Assembly: GCA_016839765.1 (NCBI GenBank)
Contig: JAEOTP010000076.1
Location: forward strand, 1-27,666
DNA: 27,666 nucleotides
Reading direction: 5' to 3'
Source: Promethearchaeota archaeon
Lineage (GTDB): Archaea; Asgardarchaeota; Lokiarchaeia; Sigyniarchaeales; SOKP01
Positions within the stretch are counted from its first letter, which is position 1. Each line of letters begins with the position of its first letter. This document shows, in pieces, positions 8,671-16,565 of the stretch. The position numbers and the translations under genes are program-made. Under the pieces are notes generated by a model, which did no database searches, had not been told where the DNA came from, and saw only the letters and a program-made list of their open reading frames with translations.

Positions 8671-9489
8671 ATGCCGTATGCTGAAATTAATGGAATTAAA
8701 ATATATTATGAAATTCATGGTGATGGATACCCTTTATTCATGCTTCATGGGTATGGTGCTACGAATAAAGTATGGATTGGTCAAGTTGGTGCGCTTTCTA
8801 AACATTTTAAAGTCATAATATATGATCACCGAAGTAGTGGTAAATCTGATCACCCTAATGAAGATTATACATTAGATACATTGGTAGAGGACTTAAAAGG
8901 GTTGATGGATTTTCTTGAAGTTGATAAAACGCATCTTATGGGTCAATCCATGGGTGGATGGATCTCTCAAAATTTTACTTTGAAATACCCTGAAAAAGTG
9001 AACAAACTTGTATTATTAGGAACAAATCATAAAGGTTCTGGCTTACCATTGCTCAGAGATAATTTAACTGAGCTTTTTGAACTTGCAAAAACTAATAAAG
9101 AAGAAGCTTTTTGGAGATATGCTAAATTAATGCATCATAGAAGATTTATAAAAGAGATGCAATCAGATCCAAAGAAGAAATTTTATGGATTATGGTCAGC
9201 GGAAGATTTGATAGAAGAATTAACAGAAAATCAAATGACTCCAGAAGATTATCAGAGATTTGAAAAGGCTGGTTCCATGCATACTGTTCTAGACCGTTTA
9301 TCTGAAGTAAAAAATCCTACGATAATAATTGGGGGTTCTAATGATAGAATGTCTCCAAAAATGGTTTTGGATGAAATGCATGAGAAATTGCCTAATAGCA
9401 GAATCGAGATTATAGAAAAAACAGGGCATCATGTTTTTATAGAAGAAGCACTCAAAGTAAATGAGCTTATAATCAATTTCTTAAAATAA
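8671..9489 (+). CDS. Alpha/beta hydrolase
   Basis: HGYG oxyanion motif, nucleophile elbow GQSMGG, Asp in GSNDRM and His in TGHH. Confidence 0.92.
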   Translation: MPYAEINGIKIYYEIHGDGYPLFMLHGYGATNKVWIGQVGALSKHFKVIIYDHRSSGKSDHPNEDYTLDTLVEDLKGLMDFLEVDKTHLMGQSMGGWISQNFTLKYPEKVNKLVLLGTNHKGSGLPLLRDNLTELFELAKTNKEEAFWRYAKLMHHRRFIKEMQSDPKKKFYGLWSAEDLIEELTENQMTPEDYQRFEKAGSMHTVLDRLSEVKNPTIIIGGSNDRMSPKMVLDEMHEKLPNSRIEIIEKTGHHVFIEEALKVNELIINFLK

Positions 9490-9539
9490 TAATTTTAAAC
9501 ATTTTTTTTAATTTAAGATTGAAGTATCAGGTTTTTGGG

Positions 9540-10169
9540 ATGGTTTTGTGTCGTTTTTTAGGAAATGCGTGCATAGAGTTAATTGGAGTAAAAGACCATA
9601 TCATTGTTGATCCTGTATTTTTATCTTCTCCTCGAAAAGGAATTGAACGGATTCTTATTACCCATCACCATCAAGATCATATTGAGATAAGTAAAATAAA
9701 AGAGATTGAGGAAAAATTTTCAGTAGAAGGGAGAGAGCTTGAGATATATGGCCCAGAATGCTTATATGAAGAGCTGAATGTTGAGTTTATTTTAATAATT
9801 CCTGGTTTTAAGATATCATTACATAACGGCGAAATTGAAGTATTTGAAAATGATTGTTGGAAAGCAGAGGGCTGTATAGCTTACTTAATCTCAATTGACA
9901 AAAAGAAAATTTTGCATACTGCTGATTCGGCTATTTTTTCATCTGCATTGAGGACTCTTAAAAATCAAATTGATCTGTGTTTTGTTGCTTGTTTTGAGGA
10001 AAATTTTGAAGATTATCTCAATTTTATAAAAGAAATTTCTCCAAAACAAGTAATTCCATATCATTTTTCAACTGAAAAAGAACAAAATGGTAAAAACTTA
10101 AGTAAATATTTAAAAGATAATGGTTTTAATTCAATATTCCTTTCGATTGGTAAGGAGATAGAACTATAA
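9540..10169 (+). CDS. MBL-fold metallo-hydrolase (UlaG-like)
   Basis: FLGNACIEL, IVDP, ITHHHQDH, LHTADS and VIPYH. ATG at 9540 is preferred (TTG at 9519 is an alternative). Confidence 0.8.
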   Translation: MVLCRFLGNACIELIGVKDHIIVDPVFLSSPRKGIERILITHHHQDHIEISKIKEIEEKFSVEGRELEIYGPECLYEELNVEFILIIPGFKISLHNGEIEVFENDCWKAEGCIAYLISIDKKKILHTADSAIFSSALRTLKNQIDLCFVACFEENFEDYLNFIKEISPKQVIPYHFSTEKEQNGKNLSKYLKDNGFNSIFLSIGKEIEL

Positions 10170-10226
10170 AGAGAAATATTTCGAACATTTTTTTTAATAA
10201 ATTTCAATAAATAATCTAAAGTTGTT

Positions 10227-10772
10227 ATGGAAAAGTTAAATGATCTTACTGTACCATTGTTGAATAAGCTAGCAAAAGAATGTGGCATTCAATTTAAAAA
10301 AGGAGATAAAAAACCAGATAAAATAGCTACATTGAAAAATGCTGGAATTCCAAAGGATAAACTGGAACGACTTATAGAAAAATATTCATCACAGAAAAGA
10401 ATTAAGAAAAGGAATAGTAAAGATATTATTTTAGAAATAAAAGGGAGAATCAGATTACTTGAAGACCAAGTAAAATTCCTAATGTCAAAGATTAGTGTTA
10501 GTGAAGTAAAAATATCAAAAGATAAGGATAGAGACATAATAACAATAACAAGTGATTTGGGAGATATTAAGAAATTTGTTAAATCTATGTTGTCTCCCGG
10601 AGAATCCATAACTATAGATGATTTAATAGAAATAAAAGAATTGCAAAAAATCCCCTTAATTACATTAAAGCATACTATATATGATTTAATTGAGGAAGGT
10701 ATTTTCGAGGTTTCAGAAGGGAGTTCGAGACAAAAAATAGGGGGAAAAATAGGCTTATTAACAAGGCGTTAA
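10227..10772 (+). CDS. Hypothetical protein: SAP/HeH(Rho-N)-like N-terminus, short coiled coil, C-terminal winged-helix-like region
   Basis: LNDLTVPLLNKLAKECGI...KKPDKIATL resembles a helix-extension-helix. SITIDDLI...LKHTIYDLIEEGIFEV resembles a wHTH. Confidence 0.7.
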   Translation: MEKLNDLTVPLLNKLAKECGIQFKKGDKKPDKIATLKNAGIPKDKLERLIEKYSSQKRIKKRNSKDIILEIKGRIRLLEDQVKFLMSKISVSEVKISKDKDRDIITITSDLGDIKKFVKSMLSPGESITIDDLIEIKELQKIPLITLKHTIYDLIEEGIFEVSEGSSRQKIGGKIGLLTRR

Positions 10773-10782
10773 ATAAAAACTT

Positions 10783-11802
10783 CTAAAGCTTAATGTCCTT
10801 TCCACAGTAAGGACAAATTTTAGCCGGAATATCAACTAAATTCTCACAATAAGAACATTTTATTTTATCAATATTATCTATTTCATTAATTCTTAAACTC
10901 AACATAAATTCATTTATATAATCAGGATTTACAATTAAATACTTTCCATCAATAACAAACTCAAATTTTTTTGCCCATTCAAATACTTTATCAGTAAATG
11001 TTTTTTCATCCATTTCTAACGCAGTTCGCATCATATCCAGTTTAATTCGATTAGAAACATCGACCATTGCCTTTATTTTTTCAATTCTTTCTTTTTCAAG
11101 TTCTGTTAATCTAATCTGTTCAGAATCCTTATACATCTTAACCTGATTTAATAACTCCAGAAGCTTTTCTGCTTTGTGCTTATCTCTTATTAAATGTTTC
11201 ATACGTTTTTTGAGAGGAAGCAGAGTAAATGTTTTATCATCCTTAGTTGTTAATTTTATGAAAGTATTTGAGCTTTTTAACTCTTCTACTATTTCTTTGA
11301 CGTTTAAGATTTTTAATTGATTTATGTACTCTTGTTTAAGTGGTTTAAAAGTTATTCTATTCTCAGTTAATAATATGATTCCTTTCATCAAGTTCAGTTT
11401 CCAATTTAGTGTTGGTGGAGAACCCTCCCAAAAGGCTCCCCTAGTTTCAAATATAATTGGTACTTTATTCTTAATATACAATCGAGTAATTTTTCTAAAC
11501 AAATCTTCTGTCAAACTTTTCGAATAAGAACGACTACTATCCTTAATAAGACGTGGAAAAAAGGTATAAACATTTCCTTGGGAATTTATTAATTCAATAA
11601 CGGGAATTCTGTATCTCTTATTAATATGATAACCCTGAATTTCAGATAGTTTAACTTCATAGAGAATCTTATCAATATCAGATTGGAAAGATAATTTTGC
11701 TTCTGTCAATTGGATGGTAACCCTTGCTCTTTTTGATATTAGAGCTCTAAAGGTAGGTGTTCCGGAATTAAAATTACCAAAAGATTCAAAATGGAGTACC
11801 AT
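10783..11802 (-). CDS. Hypothetical protein: two PH/GRAM-like segments, helical/WH-like domain, C-terminal zinc ribbon
   Basis: TIQLTEAKLSF and GIILLTENRITF strand motifs; C-terminal CSYCENLV...CPYCG. Confidence 0.7.
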   Translation of the reverse strand: MVLHFESFGNFNSGTPTFRALISKRARVTIQLTEAKLSFQSDIDKILYEVKLSEIQGYHINKRYRIPVIELINSQGNVYTFFPRLIKDSSRSYSKSLTEDLFRKITRLYIKNKVPIIFETRGAFWEGSPPTLNWKLNLMKGIILLTENRITFKPLKQEYINQLKILNVKEIVEELKSSNTFIKLTTKDDKTFTLLPLKKRMKHLIRDKHKAEKLLELLNQVKMYKDSEQIRLTELEKERIEKIKAMVDVSNRIKLDMMRTALEMDEKTFTDKVFEWAKKFEFVIDGKYLIVNPDYINEFMLSLRINEIDNIDKIKCSYCENLVDIPAKICPYCGKDIKL

Positions 11803-11939
11803 TCTATATTCATAAGAAAAAATTTAGTAATATATAATTTTACTTTGGAATTTTAAAAAATTATAAATTTATGCTCCTAGAAGAATTAAAAAGAAAATTT
11901 AATTCTAATATATAGAATACAAATAATAGGTTTAGGATA

Positions 11940-12728
11940 ATGGAAATTGTAGATCTCACAGAAGGATATAAAAAAACTTACTTAGTTTGCTTAGAAGACT
12001 GGTCAGATGAGATGAAAGAGGCAGGGGATCACAAAGGAAAGTGGTATGCCAAAATGAAAGAAAAAGGATTAGGAGTTAAGCTTGCTGTTGATGATAATAA
12101 AACTGCTATTGGGATGATTCAATATATGCCAATAGAATATTCTAATGCGGAGGGCAAGGATTTATACTTTATAGACTGTATTTGGGTGCATGGTTATAAT
12201 GAAGGAATAGGAAATCATCAAAAAAAAGGTGTTGGTATAGCTTTACTCCAAGCTGCTGAAGAAGATGCGAAATCGAGAGGAGCAAAAGGTATAGTAGCAT
12301 GGGGGCTTTCATTACCTTTCTGGATGAAAGCTTCATGGTATAAAAAACATGGTTATATTAAAGTTGATAAAGAAAGCATTGCAATCCTGCTATGGAAGCC
12401 TTTTACTAATGATGCAATACCTCCTAAATGGATTAAACAACAAAAAACGCCGCAAAAAATCCCTGGAAAAGTAACCGTTACTGCTTTTATTAACGGAAAT
12501 TGCCCTGCTCAAGCTATTGTCTATGAAAGAGCAAAAAGAGCTGCCTTAGATTTTGGGGATAATGTGGTATTTCAGGAAATTAATACCTCTAACAGAGAAA
12601 TCTTTCTAGAATGGGGAATCTTCTCTGGTTTATTTATTGATGGTAATGAGATCAGAACTGGACCCCCTCCTTCTTATGAAGATATTAAAAAGAAAATCGC
12701 TAAAAAGGTTAAGAAATTAAAAAAATAA
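11940..12728 (+). CDS. GNAT family N-acetyltransferase (YoaP-like)
   Basis: IGMIQYMP, FIDCIWV, acetyl-CoA motif HQKKGVGIALL, SWYKKHGY, and a C-terminal thioredoxin-like CP segment. Confidence 0.85.
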   Translation: MEIVDLTEGYKKTYLVCLEDWSDEMKEAGDHKGKWYAKMKEKGLGVKLAVDDNKTAIGMIQYMPIEYSNAEGKDLYFIDCIWVHGYNEGIGNHQKKGVGIALLQAAEEDAKSRGAKGIVAWGLSLPFWMKASWYKKHGYIKVDKESIAILLWKPFTNDAIPPKWIKQQKTPQKIPGKVTVTAFINGNCPAQAIVYERAKRAALDFGDNVVFQEINTSNREIFLEWGIFSGLFIDGNEIRTGPPPSYEDIKKKIAKKVKKLKK

Positions 12729-12754
12729 GTTTATGTTATTTTTATTTTTTTTAT

Positions 12755-13546
12755 TTAGTATGGGTCTAGTTTTATAAATGAATATGGCTCGAATTGTTCC
12801 TGTTCTATTTCAGCTACGATTTCTCCTGGTTGCATTTGACTATTACACTTTAAATACATACAACCAAGCAATCTTTCTACTTCTAACTCGCTCCAAGGAT
12901 CAAATTTAGATTCATTTAATTTCACTTCAGCTTCACCCATGAGAAATTCAGATGCTTGCATTTTTATTTCTTCTCTCACTAAACGTGGATTGTAATCAAA
13001 CCCTTCATAAAGTGGTGACCTAAAATATTTATAATTGTAAGTGGTGCTCCCTGGTTTATTTGGGTCTAATCCTAAATCTAATGAAATCTTCAAGGCATCT
13101 TTTTCATTTAGTTTGTTATTAAGTTTCGCTTTTAATTCAAAATATTTTATTCCATGTCGTTCGACCCATCCTTCGAAGTTTTTTTCATCCTTTTTAAAAT
13201 GTATATTCGCCATTTTTTTTGGATAACCAAATACTTCTCGTCCTCCAATCATTGCCATATCTTTATCTACTGGCATTGCAAGACAGTAAGCCCCAATTAC
13301 ACCATCATATTCTCCAAACAAAAAGAGAGCTGCTTCTTTATAAACTACACCAAAATTTGTTCTAGGGTAATTGGCAATCATAGCCTGTACTACTGGATAT
13401 TTAACTGGTTTTAAAGGAGGTGGAAGTAAATGTTTAACTATTTCTGGTTTAGTCTCCCAAAATACAGTCAGAAATTCTGCATCATAAAAATCAAATGATG
13501 TTCTTCTTAATTCTTCTAATTCTTTTGGAGTTTTTACAAAACCCAT
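12755..13546 (-). CDS. Acetoacetate decarboxylase-family protein
   Basis: LLPPPL, YKEAALF and the Schiff-base Lys motif GGREVFGYPKKMA. Confidence 0.88.
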   Translation of the reverse strand: MGFVKTPKELEELRRTSFDFYDAEFLTVFWETKPEIVKHLLPPPLKPVKYPVVQAMIANYPRTNFGVVYKEAALFLFGEYDGVIGAYCLAMPVDKDMAMIGGREVFGYPKKMANIHFKKDEKNFEGWVERHGIKYFELKAKLNNKLNEKDALKISLDLGLDPNKPGSTTYNYKYFRSPLYEGFDYNPRLVREEIKMQASEFLMGEAEVKLNESKFDPWSELEVERLLGCMYLKCNSQMQPGEIVAEIEQEQFEPYSFIKLDPY

Positions 13547-13708
13547 TATAATTCACTTTTTTTATTGAAAATCGATTAATAAAATATGTAATTTGGTTAT
13601 TTAAAAAATTATTGTAAATTTATTTTATTTAAGTTATCCTTTTCATAAACTTTTATTAGTTCACAGAATCTATTTTATAATTATTAAGTGAATTGTGAGA
13701 GCATAAAG

Positions 13709-15238
13709 ATGTCAACAGTTAAAGAAGCATATAAGGAAATTGAGAATATTATAGGTTCAGAATATATTTCTGATAAAGATTTTATGAAAGCTGCTTATTC
13801 TAGAAATGTAGATCCAGCGTTTCCAGATAGGTGGGCAGATATGATTGTAAGGCCAGAAACCACTGAACAAGTTTCTGAAATCGTAAAGATCGCTAACAAA
13901 TTTAAAATTCCCATGGTTCCAAGAGGAGGCGGAGCAGATTTAGTGGGTGGCTCAGTAACAAAAGGAGGAATTCTTATCGATCTCACCAGAATGAATAAAA
14001 TTATTGAAATCAATGAGGATGATTTTTATTGTGAGGTTGAATGTGGAATTACTTGGGGAAATTTAGTCTCAGAATTACACCAAAAAGGTTTAACAACGGG
14101 CGTTCTTGGTCCGGGAAGTGGGTTCTCGGCAACTATAGGCGGTGGTCTTTCAAATAGTACTGCTGGTTTTGGTTCCACCAAATACGGAGTTGTGCCTGAT
14201 ATTTGTTTGGGAGTAGAAGTAGTTTTACCTAATCCCCAAGGTACCATTATAAGAACAGGTGCAGCAGCTAATAAATATGCAAACCCTTTCTGCAGATATG
14301 GCGTCTCTCCTGATTTTACTGGACTTTTTATGGGAGATGTGGGCACAATGGGCATCAAAACTAAAGCTTTTTTAAAATTGTTTCCAAAAACTCCTTATAA
14401 AGCACAAAGATATTATATGCTTAACAAAAATGATTATAATAAAGTTGTGGATTTGTTATATAAGCTAAGGAGAGAAGTTCGGGATGGATTGCACGATGTA
14501 CTTGTTGTTCCTTTAGCCTTATTACAAATCTTGTCTATGATGGTTGAGAACAAACCTGCAAAAAGGCCAAGATTAAAAGGGCCTGTTTTTTCAATCTTGG
14601 TTGAGGCAATGGACCAAGGTATCTTAGATCTACATCTAAAGAAAGTTTCTGAAATAATGGAAAATGATACTAGATCGTTTGAATACCAAGAAATGGACTT
14701 AGATGCGCCCCTCTCAAAAGATTGGAAGTTCAACTTAAAATATGCATACAATTATTTTAATAAATATATCTCAATTGTACCACCTAAAATTTCTTGTACA
14801 ACATGTCATAAGATTCCTATCTCAGAAATTCCAAAAGCAGCACAACTAAGTAATGAATTTGATATTCAAAATAAAGGTGAATTTCCATCACAGAGTATCT
14901 CTTTATTTGCTACGGTTATATTTCTTATGCCTAATGGTCATTGTGTTATTGTAGGGGGATTTAATGCTGATAATATAGATGAACAACGCGAAATTTCCAT
15001 GAAGATGTGGCACAAAAAATTAAGAAATCAAGTTCGGTATGGTGGGGTTCATTATTGGCTTGGGGAGGCTATTTCCCAATCTATAGTAGAAGCTGATGCA
15101 TATACTCCCGAATTTGTACAATTTTTTAAAGATATGAAAAAAGCAGTGGATCCCAATTTTTTATTAAGCCCAAATAAGTTCCATATGTATAGTTATAATG
15201 ATGATATCACCAAATATATAATCAAAAATGAAGAGTAG
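13709..15238 (+). CDS. FAD-binding oxidoreductase (GlcD/D-lactate dehydrogenase, VAO/PCMH family)
   Basis: IVRPETTEQVSEIV, PRGGGADLVGG, DLTRMNKI, ATIGG, KYG, GTMGIKTKA and DPNFLLSPNK. ATG at 13709 (GTG at 13688 is an alternative). Confidence 0.9.
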   Translation: MSTVKEAYKEIENIIGSEYISDKDFMKAAYSRNVDPAFPDRWADMIVRPETTEQVSEIVKIANKFKIPMVPRGGGADLVGGSVTKGGILIDLTRMNKIIEINEDDFYCEVECGITWGNLVSELHQKGLTTGVLGPGSGFSATIGGGLSNSTAGFGSTKYGVVPDICLGVEVVLPNPQGTIIRTGAAANKYANPFCRYGVSPDFTGLFMGDVGTMGIKTKAFLKLFPKTPYKAQRYYMLNKNDYNKVVDLLYKLRREVRDGLHDVLVVPLALLQILSMMVENKPAKRPRLKGPVFSILVEAMDQGILDLHLKKVSEIMENDTRSFEYQEMDLDAPLSKDWKFNLKYAYNYFNKYISIVPPKISCTTCHKIPISEIPKAAQLSNEFDIQNKGEFPSQSISLFATVIFLMPNGHCVIVGGFNADNIDEQREISMKMWHKKLRNQVRYGGVHYWLGEAISQSIVEADAYTPEFVQFFKDMKKAVDPNFLLSPNKFHMYSYNDDITKYIIKNEE

Positions 15239-15249
15239 GGGAGAAACTT

Positions 15250-16464
15250 ATTACTGAATTTAATCCTAAAGAAAAATTTAAGCATTTAAGTAAATTTGGA
15301 AACACTCTCCTTCAGTGTATAAGTTGTGGTGATTGTAGAGAAGCTACAGATTACACAGCAAACCCTCAAAAATGGGGAGTATGTGTAGCTAGAGACCACA
15401 CATCTGGGTTTGAACCCTTCTTTGGTAGAGGAAAAATGCAAATTATAAGATCACTTTGGCAAGGGAAATTAGAGTTAAGTAAAGATATGGCAGAAGTCAT
15501 TTATCAATGTCCTACCTGTAATGCTTGCGCAGAAGCGTGTGCTTATGAAATGGATAATGCACTTATGTATGAGGCACTAAGAGCAGAATTAATTGATGCT
15601 GGTTGTGGATTAGAAGCGCACATTCCAATGAATAAAGCTATGGTTGAGTTGTTGAATCCCTATGAACGTGATAATAAACAAAAAAACGAGTGGATTAGCA
15701 AATTAGATTTTGAAATCAAGGATGCGTATTCTGAAAAAGCAGATGTATTATTTTTTGTTGGATGCACAGCCGCTTTAACTCCTGAAATCCAAACTGTGGC
15801 AATAAACACAGCAAAAATTCTTAAAAAATTAAATGTTGATTTTGCAGTACATGGGGAAAAAGAAGTTTGTTGCGGAAGCGTGGCATTAAGGACAGGGAAT
15901 TGGGAGGCGTTTAATTCTGTAGCCTTAAAAAACTATGAATTATTCAAAAAGAGCGGAGTTAAGACAATCATAACAAGTTGCGCTGGTTGTTATAGGACTT
16001 TAAAAGTCAATTATGCTGATTTTCTTGAAGATTTAAATATTAAAGTACTACATACAGTAGAATTTATTAGAAATTTTATAGAGCAGAATGATATTGAAAT
16101 GAAACAATTTGGGATTAATGTAACTTATCATGATCCGTGCCATACTGGAAGAAATGCTGGTGATACACCGCTTTATGAGGAACCCCGAGAGTTATTGAGA
16201 AAAATTGCGAATTTAGTTGAAATGAAAACAATTAAAGAAAATTCAAAATGCTGTGGTGCTGGCGGTGGTGTAAAGAAAGGATTTCCGGATCTAGCTTTAG
16301 AAATAGCAAAAAGTAGAATAAGAGAAGCAGAGGCAACTGGAGCAGAATATATTGTCAGTATCTGCCCTTTTTGTTATAGAAATTTATCGGATGCAATTAA
16401 AGCTCTCAATTCTGATATCAAAATGGCAGATTTGACCGGATTAATTAATAAAGCTTTAGGTTAG
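15250..16464 (+). CDS. Fe-S oxidoreductase with 2x[4Fe-4S] and two CCG domains (HdrD/GlcF/GlpC-like); probable ATT start
   Basis: The in-frame region upstream of ATG 15436 encodes the first cluster motif (CISCGDC...C...GRGK). It is followed by CPTCNACAEAC, FFVGC, CCG, SCAGC, YHDPCH, CCGAGGG and CPFC. Confidence 0.88.
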   Translation: MTEFNPKEKFKHLSKFGNTLLQCISCGDCREATDYTANPQKWGVCVARDHTSGFEPFFGRGKMQIIRSLWQGKLELSKDMAEVIYQCPTCNACAEACAYEMDNALMYEALRAELIDAGCGLEAHIPMNKAMVELLNPYERDNKQKNEWISKLDFEIKDAYSEKADVLFFVGCTAALTPEIQTVAINTAKILKKLNVDFAVHGEKEVCCGSVALRTGNWEAFNSVALKNYELFKKSGVKTIITSCAGCYRTLKVNYADFLEDLNIKVLHTVEFIRNFIEQNDIEMKQFGINVTYHDPCHTGRNAGDTPLYEEPRELLRKIANLVEMKTIKENSKCCGAGGGVKKGFPDLALEIAKSRIREAEATGAEYIVSICPFCYRNLSDAIKALNSDIKMADLTGLINKALG

Positions 16465-16565
16465 AATTCTATCAAAAATTTCAATTCCCATCATTTAGAT
16501 TTAAATTAGTATGTGTCTTATTGTTTAATGTCCTTTATTTAAAATAATATGAGGGTGTTATTGTT

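Noticed and set aside
15436-16464. ORF-track ATG start for the CCG protein
   Set aside because: It would omit the first CxxCxxC cluster motif encoded in frame upstream.
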